From NCBI GenBank assembly GCA_963825865.1, contig CAWGVG010000057.1, positions 1-64,000 of the forward strand: a DNA stretch of 64,000 nucleotides, written 5' to 3'. Position numbers and translations under genes: made by a program. This DNA comes from an uncultured Nitrososphaeraceae archaeon. GTDB lineage: Archaea; Thermoproteota; Nitrososphaeria; Nitrososphaerales; Nitrososphaeraceae. The stretch's first letter is position 1. Each line of letters starts with the position of its first letter. Of the stretch, positions 20,717 to 32,604 are shown one piece after another. The notes under the pieces are model-generated. The model searched no databases, was not told the DNA's origin, and was given only the letters and a program-made list of their open reading frames with translations.

Positions 20717-21514
20717 CTAAAAAGTAAAAAATACTTCTTCGACAGGCTCTCTTACTCCCATTGCACGGATCACAGTCTCAAACTGCTTTTTTCCATCAGA
20801 CACAAGCACCTGCAATCTACCATTACCGTTTTTCCTTAACATTCTGTTAAATACCAAAAATTTCTTAACATCTTTTGCGACAATTTTTGCAGGATCTATA
20901 AATTTTACTGTAGGTAATAAGGAGTTGAGATATCTTTTTACAAATGGAAGATGAGTGCTTGCCAGAGTTATAACATCTATTTTTGTATCCACTTGGTCGC
21001 CTAATACATTCGATATCACATCAAATGTTTTGCGCTCATTTGTGATGTATGTACCATTTTCTATTAGTTCTATTATCGGCGAGGCATTAAACTTTGTTAC
21101 AAAAATATTCTGCGGTACTTCTCTTCTTATCTGGTTTTCGAGGCCCTTACTCCTAATAGTTCCTTCTGTTGCCATAATTCCTATATGTTTTTTCTTTGTT
21201 ATTGTGGAAGCTTCTTTTAGGGGCGGTCGGATACCAATCAATGGTACATCTATCGTCCTTCTAATCTCATCTAACATCTGAACGGATGGTGTATTTGACG
21301 CAATTATAGTCAACTTTGGTTTGTATCTTTCAAGATACTTTATTGTATTTATGATAATCTCACGTAACTGAGAGTGTGATTTATTTCCATATGGAAAATG
21401 TGCTTTATCAGCAAAGTATAGCAAGTTTTCGTGGGGTATTTCTTTTTTCAAGTCTCGTATGATGGATAAAGAACCTACGCCAGAATCAAATACTGCAATT
21501 GGGTTATTTGTCAA
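20717..21514 (-). CDS. murI: Glutamate racemase-like protein (Cys->Ser at both catalytic positions)
   Basis: FDSGVG, D..HFPYG.K, IIASNT (canonical ACNT), MATEGT and LASTHLP (canonical GCTHYP). Confidence 0.85.
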   Translation of the reverse strand: MTNNPIAVFDSGVGSLSIIRDLKKEIPHENLLYFADKAHFPYGNKSHSQLREIIINTIKYLERYKPKLTIIASNTPSVQMLDEIRRTIDVPLIGIRPPLKEASTITKKKHIGIMATEGTIRSKGLENQIRREVPQNIFVTKFNASPIIELIENGTYITNERKTFDVISNVLGDQVDTKIDVITLASTHLPFVKRYLNSLLPTVKFIDPAKIVAKDVKKFLVFNRMLRKNGNGRLQVLVSDGKKQFETVIRAMGVREPVEEVFFTF

Positions 21515-21697
21515 TATGTATCATTAATTTTTATCATGCCGTATAAATGTAAACATTAATATATATATATGATAGTATCTTTTTTTAACCCTACCTGGAA
21601 AATAGGCAATAAGGATCGACTTGAGTAGTACCTTAATACTGCTGTTTATAGCAATGATTTTTTTAAAACGAGTGGGTTTTATCCAATCTCCTTATCT

Positions 21698-22300
21698 TTA
21701 TGATTTTGCAGCAATCTGATGATCTCTTGTCCATATGTATAGTGGAATAAGAGCATGTTGAAACGGCAAAGACTTTTCTCCCTTTCTATTGTAACCTATC
21801 ATGACCATTCTTCCTACAAGATCTTTTTGTAGATGTTTTATCATCTCAGATTCTTTGAGAGGGCCGTATATCTGAAAAAAATATTCTTGATTATAGTAAG
21901 ATACATGTTGTGCAAAACAATCTGACAGTAGGGTGGGATCGTTCCGTATTCGCTCCTCTTTAACATAATCTGCCTTTTTTTCCACGGTAATTTGTAATTC
22001 TCTATTAATGTATTTGCTACGGATAAATTCTGAATCTACTTTTTTTGCTTTCAGATTATTGCTATAAATTTCAATATCTCTAGTCATGTTAACTACTGTA
22101 CGCTCTGCAAGATCGATAACTTCTTTCAGCTCCTCATCGCTGTTAACTTTGTTATTCTTTCCAAAAAGATAGAAAATGCAAATTAATTCGTCAGTTTTGA
22201 TAAATGGAAAATTTTGTCTTCCGGCCATAAATTCAGCAATACGGCTTGAAATATCTTCTGGAAGAATTATTCCCATATGCGAATCAGCAACTATGGTCAT
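21698..22300 (-). CDS. Hypothetical protein
   Basis: 200-aa ORF with globular composition. Confidence 0.7.
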   Translation of the reverse strand: MTIVADSHMGIILPEDISSRIAEFMAGRQNFPFIKTDELICIFYLFGKNNKVNSDEELKEVIDLAERTVVNMTRDIEIYSNNLKAKKVDSEFIRSKYINRELQITVEKKADYVKEERIRNDPTLLSDCFAQHVSYYNQEYFFQIYGPLKESEMIKHLQKDLVGRMVMIGYNRKGEKSLPFQHALIPLYIWTRDHQIAAKS

Positions 22301-22387
22301 ATGCTAATTTTTGAATTACCAATTATATCAACAACACGTTTTTATATGCTAATGTGCTCTGACAAAGAGAAATATTTATGTCATCAG

Positions 22388-22687
22388 GTACTGGATGCTA
22401 CTAAAACCGTATATCTTATCGTTCATGGGCGAAAACAGCTCCTTGAACAGGTAAAAGAAAAACTTGCTTTAAAAGGGTTTGAAAAAGAAAAGATGCAGAA
22501 CGCAAGTCTTGACAAGGCAGGAAATGCTGGCGAATATGTTGCAATGATCTGGCCTCCAATGGCTCCAAAAGAAATCGTTGTAAGCGAAATTGTTGGGCCA
22601 CGTGAAAGTGGTGTTGCTGGTGGCGGAGAAGGAATGGGAGCATGGGGGTCTGTCGAACAGAAAGAAGTCTATCGAATATCACTATAG
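22388..22687 (+). CDS. Small conserved hypothetical protein (start uncertain)
   Basis: Coding-like C-terminal ~100 aa of ORF 22277-22687, divergent from the previous gene. Confidence 0.6.
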   Translation, partial: VLDATKTVYLIVHGRKQLLEQVKEKLALKGFEKEKMQNASLDKAGNAGEYVAMIWPPMAPKEIVVSEIVGPRESGVAGGGEGMGAWGSVEQKEVYRISL

Positions 22688-22896
22688 AGTGGTTGTGAAA
22701 TATACTCAACTACCTGCAATAATATTTTGAAATAAGGAATATGATAGAGATCTCTCCTCTGTGAGTGTGGTTTTTTTAATAACTAATTAAACCTTTTTAG
22801 TATAGTTAATAGCTGGGGACTTGTAAATAAAGGATGATCGTTGTTATAAGTACGTACCCTATCACTACCATTGCCACCCCAAAGACAAACTGTGGC

Positions 22897-23210
22897 TTAG
22901 CCAAGCGAGAATTGGAACTCTTGCAAAATATGGCTAGAAGGATAAATTCCCAAGCTACAAAGAAGTAATATAAGGTTCACATTTCATTATTTTGCAAACA
23001 TCACAATATTCACCCTGACTCTTTAATTCAATTAAAAATAGAACAAATAAGGAGTATAGTTCATAACTACATTATATACCTTAAAAAGAATGCTAAACAA
23101 TCTGTCGGTAAGGCAAAGCACGGCGAAATATCTGTAACCTCTGAACTGAACATAACTTAAGAGCTTATACTCAAGACGAAATTGCAAAACTCTTATAGGA
23201 AACTGAACTC
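22897..23210 (+). pseudogene. Tyrosine recombinase/integrase N-terminal remnant
   Basis: Hand translation gives INSQATKK*YKVHISLFCKHHNIHPDSL...NYIIYLKK...GEISVTS, then LRAYTQDEIAKLL, typical of thaumarchaeal integrases. No catalytic domain follows. Confidence 0.6.
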
Positions 23211-23611
23211 AGAGATCGCTGTCTTTTGATGCGTATGTTTAGTATATTTTTATTTTCATTATCCATAGCTTTAATGCTACTAATCTAACTCTGCCAATAA
23301 TCTTTTAATATATATCTTCTATCGATAAGAGCAAAACAAAACTTACTAATGTGCAGAATCTAGTGCTGCATATTAGTAGGCTATCGGATAATGTCGAATT
23401 TTTCAGCAAATTGATACTATTCTACTACTATGTGATTGTACAAATATTTCGTAATTCATTTCGACCTTTCTTAATAACGTCGTAGTATATGGTAAGCTCA
23501 TATCGTCTTTTTGGAAATATAACCCAAGTATACAACAGCTATAGTATTGGATAGATAGAACAAAATAATGAAAAATTAATATTTTTCAGTAGCTGATAAG
23601 TTAGTAATAAG

Positions 23612-23914
23612 TTGATAGGAAATTACTATTTCTATTGGGCTATTGCAGTAGTTGTTATCACTATTATTATTGCCTATTCATTAGTTTTAATATTTGCAGC
23701 AGAATTGGGAAATCATCCGTCTGCAAGCGCCATCAACAAACCAGAATATAATTCGACTTCTACAATATGTATAAATGATAAACCTTGTGTTACAACAATT
23801 TGTATAAATAATGAACCATGCCATACTGTTACATCAAATTCTACAAATACGGATAATTTAACTAATAATAAGAAGCATACTCTAGTTTCATCTTTTCCTC
23901 AGGAAAATGTTTGA
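23612..23914 (+). CDS. Small secreted/membrane-anchored protein with tandem TICINxxPC repeats
   Basis: N-terminal TM helix, then TICINDKPCV and TICINNEPCH. Confidence 0.65.
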   Translation: MIGNYYFYWAIAVVVITIIIAYSLVLIFAAELGNHPSASAINKPEYNSTSTICINDKPCVTTICINNEPCHTVTSNSTNTDNLTNNKKHTLVSSFPQENV

Positions 23915-24043
23915 TATAGATAAAGAAGTAATGAGATAATAGTGTGGACAATATGAGGTGGTTCTTTGAGAAATTAATATAAAAGACATTTAACAAACTA
24001 TAGTTGTCACTGAATTGTCTTTCGTCCAATTAACTTTGGTTGC

Positions 24044-25300
24044 TTATTCAGGAGGAGAAGTGTCAGGAGGAGAAGTGTCTGGAGGAGGAGAATTATTATT
24101 AGGAGTACTACTATTTTCTATTCTATTGTTGTAAAGGGTATTGCTTTGATCAAGACCAGGATCAATCCTTAAAGGAGTAGCAGCATTCATGATATTATTA
24201 TCATGTAATTTGTTGGAAGAGGAACCACTAATTAGAGCAATAGCCGATTTGGAATTTGAAACTGTGTTATTGTATATCTCATTATTATTAGACTGGGAAA
24301 TATGAATAGCTCTTCCCTGGTCATATATAGTATTGTCCCTGGCAATAGACTGAGTCATATTTCTGCTAAATGCTATTCCAGCTCCCGTATTATTATAAAC
24401 TACATTTTTCTCAATAAGTATATTGTAGCAATCTAATGAACAGATTATAGCTGTACCATTGTTGCCATATACAGTGTTATTTCTAATTACCATATCATGG
24501 GTTCCTGTATGCGGATCTATACCATAATGACCCATATCATGAACTTTATTGTTTTCAATCACCATATTTCCTACACCGACTGAATAAAACCCAAAATATA
24601 GATGGTGTATATCATTATTTCTTATTACACTGCCATCCCCAGCATTATGATAATGAATGTCCAGATGTTCCTGTACCCCATCCTCCTTCATATCCTAAAT
24701 ATGCAATCTCTGAGTTTGTGATATTTGTAGTACCTGTTCCTAGTCGTTCTACTCTAATATATGGTCTAGGAGCTCCTACATGAACTATTTTTCCGGAACT
24801 TTCTCTTGATCCATAACTTGCAACATAATCATTTGTTTCTGGATTCCAGGAAGTTACTTTTACCGAATCTATCTTCATACTACCATAGACATGTATGCCA
24901 TATGCAAGAGTGTTGCCATCTGAAATTATTTTTAGCCATTTGGTATCTTTGGAATCGATATTTAATGTAGATCCAGGTTGTATGGTCACATTTGCATTTA
25001 ACAACCATACTCCATTATTATTATTATTATCGGGATCTTTGTACAAAGCCTTATTTTCAGCTCCTCCAAGCTGTTCATATATATCAGTTAGGCTTACAGG
25101 AGATTTGCATGACACCGTGATTGTGAGAGTTGCTGCATCATAGGCTATACACCCTGATTCCGGTAATGCATATGCTGTTTGTATTTGCTCATTTGATGGT
25201 ATTGAAAAACTTGGAAAGGCAAATGTCGAAACTATAAGTACAGATGGCAGTAGTAATACCTACGTATAGTACCTTAGTCGAATACTTGGCAATACAACAT
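24044..25300 (-). CDS. Secreted right-handed beta-helix (NosD/AlgG-like) protein, one frameshift
   Basis: Repeating IxNNxVxxN PbH1 pattern, ITNSEIAYLGY, GIDPHTGTHDM, an upstream signal peptide and a PPDTS-repeat tail. Confidence 0.8.
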
Positions 25301-25701
25301 GTGTGATGTAGTTTTTTTTTACTTCTATCCATAATCGGCTGAATAGTGTTACAGGCTGAAGGAATATAATAGTATAGCGATGACACCGTGACAAGGATTG
25401 CCAACGTTATTCTTATTTTTCTCATAAGGTTTTTTAAACAAATATTGTTAAGAGGTAGTAGAAGGTTGTCATACAGATGGTAGTACACAGGGCCCCTTAC
25501 TTTTCTAATACCTTTGTTGTAATTTCTATTACCTATGTTTCTAAGTGTGCAATTTTAGTAAGCATTATAGGCTAGTAAGTTAAGTATCTTAATTTAGGCC
25601 TACAAAACATCTTCCATCTCCTCATGAGGAGGACCACATTTGTAGATGAATAATTTGATACAATAATTTGATACTTAACTTATATAATATGGTGTTAAAT
25701 A

Positions 25702-26620
25702 TTGAAGTCGATCTTACATTCTACATTGGTCCTAATTGCTACAACACTCGTTTTGACTTCATTTATACAAACTGGACGTTATTTCGCTTATGCTCCTTAT
25801 ACCAAGGCCCCGCCATCTGCTGGAGGTCCAACTTTCAAAGATTCCAAGCTAAAAGCAGAGGTGGTCTTTACAGGACTTGACCACCCTACTAGCATGGCAT
25901 TTCTAGGTCCAAATGATATTTTGGTTTTACAGAAAAATACTGGTAATGTACAGAGAATTGTAAATGGACGGATGCTCCCTCAGCCTCTGCTTCATGTTAA
26001 CGTTGGACAGGGAGTGGAATGGGGTATGCTAGGAATTGCTGTTGCAAGACATAATAATAATAATAATAATGAAAACGAAAATGAACCTAAAAGTACATAT
26101 GTTTTCTTGTATTATACTGAACCTGAGGGTAATAATGGTGGAGAGCAAGAAGGGGTAGGAGGACAAGTAACAGTAGGAGCAAATAATAGTAATAATACAG
26201 AACCAATGGTTAATCATCTTTACAGATATGAGCTGGCAGATAACAACCAGCTTATCAACCCCAAATTACTTTTAATCCTTCCACTACTTCACCTGATCCT
26301 AATCATGAAAATAATCACGTTGGCAGCAAGTCGTGATTGGTCCGGATAGCAACGTGTATGTTGGTATTGGCGATGTTGGAGGCCACGAAGGTCAAGCCCA
26401 AAATGTAAAAGATGGAACCACACTTGATGGTACAAGTGGTATTCTTAGAGTTACACAGGATGGTGATGCAGTAATACCAAATAGCCCTCTGGGTAATGAT
26501 GAAGACCCATTTTAAACAAATACTATGCTTATGGAATACGCAACAGTTTTGGTATGGACTTTGATCCTGTTACAGGAAAGTTATGGGATACAGAAAATGG
26601 GGCATCCTGTTGCGATGGAG
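25702..26620 (+). pseudogene. PQQ-dependent (soluble glucose/sorbosone) dehydrogenase, frameshifted and truncated
   Basis: GLDHPTSMAFLGPNDILV, IGPDSNVYVGIGD and YAYGIRNSFGMDFDPVTGKLWDTENG. The sequence then switches to unrelated DNA. Confidence 0.8.
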
Positions 26621-26664
26621 TTACTATTATTCAATACTGCATTATATCGTGCTGTTATTATTGC

Positions 26665-26857
26665 TTACAACCCTACACCAGGCGCATTCGAAGGAAGTGA
26701 AAGTGGTATCTTGTTACATTGGGTGTAGGTCCTTACAAAGTAAGTGAAGACAGATTTACGGACTTTAAAGCTAGTTTCTCAGATGATTGTACCTGGCACC
26801 ATAGCTGTAGGCGACCAAAAGACCTGTAATATTACAAACACGGAACAAGTCTCGTAG
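26665..26857 (+). pseudogene. Remnant of a surface-protein Ig-like repeat
   Basis: Fragments NPTPGAFEGSESG...GPYKVSE...ASFSDDC...GTIAVGDQKTCNITN across frameshifts. Confidence 0.45.
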
Positions 26858-27086
26858 TATATAATTAGGCAATTACTTATACAACGCCAAAGGAGACAAC
26901 TTAAACTTCCCAGCACTTTATTTTTTTATTTTTAAGTTTAGTTAGTCATAAATAAATATACAGCAGATTAATAAAAAAAACTCTAATGAAATGTAAATTA
27001 TAGAAATTCCGTTATTATAGAATAGCTTGATTTTGTTAAGGCATTCATTCAAGTTTAAATTATCACTCAAATAATGGAAATGATTA

Positions 27087-27380
27087 ATGCTTGATTCTAA
27101 TGCTAAGCGCTTGTTATGGTATCTTTTTGCTGGTTCTAGGGGAGGGAATAATAGGATCAAGATTATTGATTTGCTAAAAGAACGACCCTATAATATGAAT
27201 CAGCTTGCAGAAGCATTGGGACTTGATTATAAAGCAATCCAACACCATATTGTGGTACTTGAAAAAAATAACCTGGTCAGCAAAATAGGAGAAAAATATG
27301 GGGTAGTATATTTTATTTCTAATTATCTTGAGGTCAATATAGATGCATTTAACGAGGTTAAAGCCAAAATTAAAAATTGA
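27087..27380 (+). CDS. ArsR-family winged-helix regulator
   Basis: LFAGSRGG..RIKII..L...P.N.NQLA..LGLDYKAIQHHI..L pattern. Confidence 0.88.
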   Translation: MLDSNAKRLLWYLFAGSRGGNNRIKIIDLLKERPYNMNQLAEALGLDYKAIQHHIVVLEKNNLVSKIGEKYGVVYFISNYLEVNIDAFNEVKAKIKN

Positions 27381-27653
27381 TATACATATGCATATACATA
27401 AATATATAATCTGTTTCTATGGAATTTCCTACCTAACAGTTGGTGGAGACGATACTTGGATCTACTTTTAGTCGATATTTCAATTACTTAAATTTTATTT
27501 TAAAACTATTTTACAACGAATATGCTATTAAGTAAGTATCTAAACCTAAACATTGGCAATAAGATATGAAATATTATATTGTGGTTTTTTATTAGAGCAC
27601 CAGTTGTGGTTATGGTACTGGCAGCGATAGTTTAAACTTCTTTCAATTTGTAT

Positions 27654-29169
27654 TCATGCCTGGTTTTGATTCATATATATATATATCAATATCTGGTCTC
27701 CTTTATTCCCATTTTCTTGGAACGTTAATAACTTGTTTGTATATTGCGAGCTATAGATCTTTTCTATTGTCTTAGATGCTTCATCATTTCTTGACATTGC
27801 ATTCAAGAAGCCTTTGTCAACTATCAAAATAATTTTTTCTGTCTTGGTTGGCGTATTGTCAAAATAATTTTTATAATTTTGATCTAAATGAAATATGTAT
27901 TGTGGTATCCACAGGTAAAATGCATCTGCAATTATGGTTACTTTGTTATTGTTGTTATAAGCATTTTTGTAATTATTATTCTCTAAATATTGAGGAATAA
28001 ATGCAGCTGCTTTAAAATAAGAGGAATTCACATTCGTAGTTAACATAATGACAGGTACTGGATAACCCAAAAATTCCTATTCCTGAAATTATAATAAATG
28101 GCAAAAATGTCTGTTGAACATTTTTCTTCGTAATTCTACGAGTTAAACCTTCTGTGAATCTAGCGGCTGCAATGCAAAATACGGGCAACAATGGAATTAA
28201 GTGATAAAGCGATACAAATCCTATGAGATAGAGGAAGGTGAGAAGCGGAATGGACCATAACAAAAGCAATAAATCTTTTTTTATGACAGCAAAAATTAAT
28301 CCACTAATACCAAGTATCAATAAAACTGGATCTTTATTAAAGAAAATATGCATAGATCCAAATAACGGCTGGCTCGCTCTGTGTATCTGCCATAAGATAC
28401 CATCTAACCAGTAATTGAATCCACCAACTGATATGCTATAAATGGGCCAAATCAGTGGTATCAAAATTACAGGGACAAGCCACAATCCAAGCACACGTTT
28501 GTTATTGTTCTGTGTATAAACAAGAAAACCTACCACCGGAATCATGGTAAAGGCAGGAATTTTTGTAAAGATAGCCAATCCTAAAAAAATACCTGAGAGT
28601 AAAATTAGTGAAAGATTTCTTTTGTTTCTGCTAACATTGTTAATTTTAGATTCTTTTGTATAATAAACTGCAAATAATATTGAAGATAAAAGAAAAGGCA
28701 GCTGGATAGTATCTAACAATATCCATCTTATGAGCCAAGTTGTTAACGGCATTACTGCAAACAGAACAGATGCAATAAATGCAACGTTTCTGTTGTAACG
28801 ACGCTCTGATATCTTGTATATGAGAAAAGTATCAGCTACAGCAAGCATTCCCATCAGTATTCTTGGAACAAGGTAGAGCATTTCAATTGAATGCACGTTG
28901 CCTAGGGAAGGATTCAATGAATCTGGATAACCAATTATCTTAAATATGCTAGCCAAAAAGAGTTGTCCAAAATATGGATGATCATAAAAGGTTGATTCTT
29001 CTTGGGGGCCTTGACCTTCTAGTATATGTATAGCTCTTCGCATGTATATGCCTTCATCAAAGTATAGATTAGGAAATCCTATAGGATTCCAAAGATGAGT
29101 AAATGCAGATAATATCAGAGGTATAGCTAGCAAGGAAATACATATGCCAGAAGTAGTCTGGGAGGTCAA
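27654..29169 (-). CDS. Glycosyltransferase family 39/83 (PMT-like) membrane protein, one frameshift
   Basis: DEGIY, YDHPYFG, multiple TM helices and GLAIFTK. Confidence 0.85.
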
Positions 29170-29506
29170 GTATTATGTAATAATGCTGATAAACTACTAA
29201 TATAATAATTGATAAAATACTTCACATACTAAAAGCTAGGATTATGTTAATATTCAGATGTTTTAAACGGTAGTTGGAAAACTGTTGCATTATATTTTAT
29301 TTATATGATAAGGAAGTATTTGGTGAATATATACAGTAAACATTCAATAAAAAGTAAATGTTTGCTATGTGTGTAAACAATATCAAATATTCAGTTTATT
29401 TTTCAAATAGAAGAAAGCATAATTTGCGTTCATTGCCAATTCTGATAAGTTATCTCCTTGTTTTTTTATCTTTGACCCTATTACTCTTGTTTATGCTGGA
29501 GTCTGG

Positions 29507-30712
29507 TCATATAATGCCATATGTATATATGGATTTGACAAGAAATGTTTTTGATTTTACATACAAAGAATCTATTTCAGAATTTGTCTTTATAATTTTC
29601 AGCAGGGGTCTTTTGGTTGTAACCTGTTTATTATTATTATTGTCGGAGGAATTCGGATCTTTTATAGATGTTGACATCGAGGCGGTTTCTTCTGCTGCTA
29701 ATGAGAGCCTTCGCGCCGTTTTACTTTCAAGATACATGACACTGGCTAGATAAATACCTAACCAAGGAAGGAACATAATTTCACCAGCAACAGAATGGAA
29801 TGATTCCCATTCATAAACGTTAGTTGTTATTAACAGTGCAAACAAAGATAATGAAATTATACGGATTAGATTTACTGTAGCTGTTCCTATTATTCCTATT
29901 GCAAAATAAATAAGTTTTCTTTCAAGAGGAATTTCCATTTTGAGAAGGAAGGCAAGCATTACTAGAGTATAGATAATCATGCTGTGAACGCCAGCTGAAG
30001 GCCAAAATACCTGCAATGCAAATGGGCCGTGCAAACCGTTCAACATCAGTATATTACCTCGACTGTATGCTGGTATATCGGGTCCCACATTTATGATATG
30101 GCTATCAATAAATCCTATTATCTTCTGATCTATTTGCAAGTATATTGGTACAATATATTGAAGAGGGCCAAGACTATCGTAGGGAAAGAAAGTGTCAAGT
30201 GATAGAATTGCTGTGCTACCGACTAGATAGATAACACCAGCAGGAGCAATTTTGTACCACTTCTTTCCAAACAGTATGCCTAGTGACAAACCAACATAAA
30301 TAGACATTATGATAAAGTCCCACATCCATTCCCAGCTGTCAACTAGGTGAACCTTATAGTATGGTGCAGCAGCTATAATTGAATCTCTAAGTCCTAAAGA
30401 TAATGCAATAAAATATACTACAGTAAGCGCTGACAAGCCAATTACTATGTAGAACTTCTTGTTGGGAATGTTATGACGCAAACCAATTAACTCTGCCACA
30501 ATGAAAACCATTGCAAACAAGAAGCCACCACGGCCTTGGTTCCATGATAGACTAAAGGTATTAGGATATACAATAATAGTAAATAGAATTGGAGCGATAA
30601 GAATGAGTATAACGACTAAACTTGGGTTGAATCCGAGTAACTTAGTGGTTGTTGTATACTTCTTGTTACTATTACCAGAAACGCCAGTCTGCTTATTATT
30701 ATTATCGAACAA
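29507..30712 (-). CDS. Thaumarchaeosortase (exosortase/archaeosortase family)
   Basis: SWNQGRGG, VFWPSAGVHS, VNLIRI and FHSVAGEI motifs in a multi-TM protein. Confidence 0.85.
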   Translation of the reverse strand: MFDNNNKQTGVSGNSNKKYTTTTKLLGFNPSLVVILILIAPILFTIIVYPNTFSLSWNQGRGGFLFAMVFIVAELIGLRHNIPNKKFYIVIGLSALTVVYFIALSLGLRDSIIAAAPYYKVHLVDSWEWMWDFIIMSIYVGLSLGILFGKKWYKIAPAGVIYLVGSTAILSLDTFFPYDSLGPLQYIVPIYLQIDQKIIGFIDSHIINVGPDIPAYSRGNILMLNGLHGPFALQVFWPSAGVHSMIIYTLVMLAFLLKMEIPLERKLIYFAIGIIGTATVNLIRIISLSLFALLITTNVYEWESFHSVAGEIMFLPWLGIYLASVMYLESKTARRLSLAAEETASMSTSIKDPNSSDNNNNKQVTTKRPLLKIIKTNSEIDSLYVKSKTFLVKSIYTYGII

Positions 30713-30797
30713 ACTTCATTTCTTTTAACTCGCTGTGGAAGTTAAAAATGTTCTATTAACTTTATTATATTGATGATGGTGAACAGACGCAGAAGAC

Positions 30798-31208
30798 TTG
30801 AAGGCAAGCCAGTCAGCAACAACAATGAAGAAGAGAATCCTAGTTGTAGATGATGAGCCTGATATTTGTTTAGCATTAACGAAGATTTTAGAAGACAACG
30901 GATTTGTGATTGATTCGTTTACTGATCCTCTTTTGGCATTGAAGAGTTTTAGAAAGGATTGGTACGTTCTTTTGATTCTTGATATTAAAATGGAAAAAAT
31001 GAATGGCTTCGAATTATATGGAGAAATAAAAAAGATAGACAATAAAGTAAAGGTATGTTTTCTAACAGCTCTAAGCGAAATGCATGATTATGAATCATTT
31101 AAAAAAGAAGTATCTCCAAAACCTGGCGAAAGGTACTTTATTCAAAAGCCAATTGAAAATGAGGAGATGTTAAAACGAGTAAACACAATAATAATAAATT
31201 CAAATTAA
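30798..31208 (+). CDS. Single-domain response regulator (receiver)
   Basis: ILVVDDEPD, LDIKMEKMNGFEL, FLTA and IQKP motifs. Confidence 0.92.
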   Translation: MKASQSATTMKKRILVVDDEPDICLALTKILEDNGFVIDSFTDPLLALKSFRKDWYVLLILDIKMEKMNGFELYGEIKKIDNKVKVCFLTALSEMHDYESFKKEVSPKPGERYFIQKPIENEEMLKRVNTIIINSN

Positions 31209-31579
31209 CAAAGGGTACAATCAAAGTATTACACAGACCGCGTAAGGTTCAGATATCATGAAACCATTTTATTATTCATAGTTGTCATGGTTGCTACAGG
31301 CAGCCAAGCAATCTTTAAAGTTAGGAAGTTGGCTCTGGTAATTTTATTATCAGAAGTTACATGGCACAATTGCGATAACAAAAATAATTCAATATCCGTA
31401 ATTATAGAAGCAATTATACTTCGGTATTGTAGCACAATTATTATATTATTTTCTTTAATCAGAAAATGAGCAATAAAAAATTATAAAACTTTCAAAATAT
31501 TGTATTAAATTAAAAAAGTGAATGTTAAATGTCTGAAATATAAAACTTATATTCTACCTACTGGGATAGTATCAGAGAA

Positions 31580-31715
31580 TATGGAACTACTTGGTAGCTT
31601 AATGCAGCAGATTCATGTAAGTACTCAAAGTTTTGGCGTGTGGATCCCTTTGGCATTCGGCCTTGTCGTAGGCCTAGTCTATGTAATTGCATCAGCTGCA
31701 AGACGCAGTAGATAG
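31580..31715 (+). CDS. Small single-TM protein
   Basis: MELLGS...WIPLAFGLVVGLVYVIASAARRSR. Confidence 0.45.
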
Positions 31716-31911
31716 ATGGATAGATACATATATATATAGATAGAAATACATCCAAAACTTTTATTTTTCATTCCCCATTTGATCCCTTAAATGCCTAGCC
31801 TATTCCACTTTTTATATTGGGGGCATTAACCATGTGTTTTGTCCACATTATATTCCAAATCTTGGACAACCAATCTCATCTGATAATGTCATCTGCATTT
31901 CCCATTATTTA

Positions 31912-32241
31912 TTACACTCCAGCCAACTTAGCTTGATCGTAAATATAGGCTTGACGCAAATCGCTAATCTCATTTGTCCTGTGTTTTCTTCTTTCAACAA
32001 CATAACCGCTGGTTGAATGATAAAAAATTACCATATCTAGTGGATAGAATGAAAGCATATCGTGATTGGCAGAATCTGATACCATATGCCGTAGATGAAT
32101 TCTTTCCCATGCAAACAGATCATCAATTTTCCCATCAAAATAAAAAGAACTTCCGCATGGACATTCTACATCTCTCCAACTACCTTGCATATTTTGAAGC
32201 CAATTATTGGTATTTGCTGCTTTTTTGTTGCTAAAAGACAT
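31912..32241 (-). CDS. Hypothetical protein (CPC..H putative Zn site)
   Basis: 109-aa ORF containing ECPCG and HLRH. Confidence 0.4.
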   Translation of the reverse strand: MSFSNKKAANTNNWLQNMQGSWRDVECPCGSSFYFDGKIDDLFAWERIHLRHMVSDSANHDMLSFYPLDMVIFYHSTSGYVVERRKHRTNEISDLRQAYIYDQAKLAGV

Positions 32242-32501
32242 AACTTAGTATTGAAGTTTCATCATAATATATGCCTATATCATCGTTGTTAAACTATAGT
32301 GATAGGGTTTGTAATCAACAAGTAATATACAGAGAATAGATTCTCCCTCTGTATAGGAAATATACAGAGGGATACTGCAGTGCACAGACAACAAATGATG
32401 CATTTAACAGTTGCAGGATGCATGTTAAGTAATTATGAATGAGAAGGTAAATCTGTTGGAAATATTTAGTTGTTCGCGCATTTTGAGGACATACGGCTAA
32501 A

Positions 32502-32604
32502 ATGTAAAGATTCTAGAAAGACAATGTTTGACTTTACAACTAGTCGTTATGTAAAGATTCTAGAAAGACAATGTTTGACTTTACAACTAGTCGTTATGTA
32601 AAGA
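32502..32604. repeat. 47-bp tandem duplication (2.2 copies)
   Basis: ATGTAAAGATTCTAGAAAGACAATGTTTGACTTTACAACTAGTCGTT at 32502 and 32549, with a partial copy at 32596. Confidence 0.9.

Noticed and set aside
32502-32604. Possible CRISPR array
   Set aside because: The units abut with no unique spacers, and no cas genes are present.
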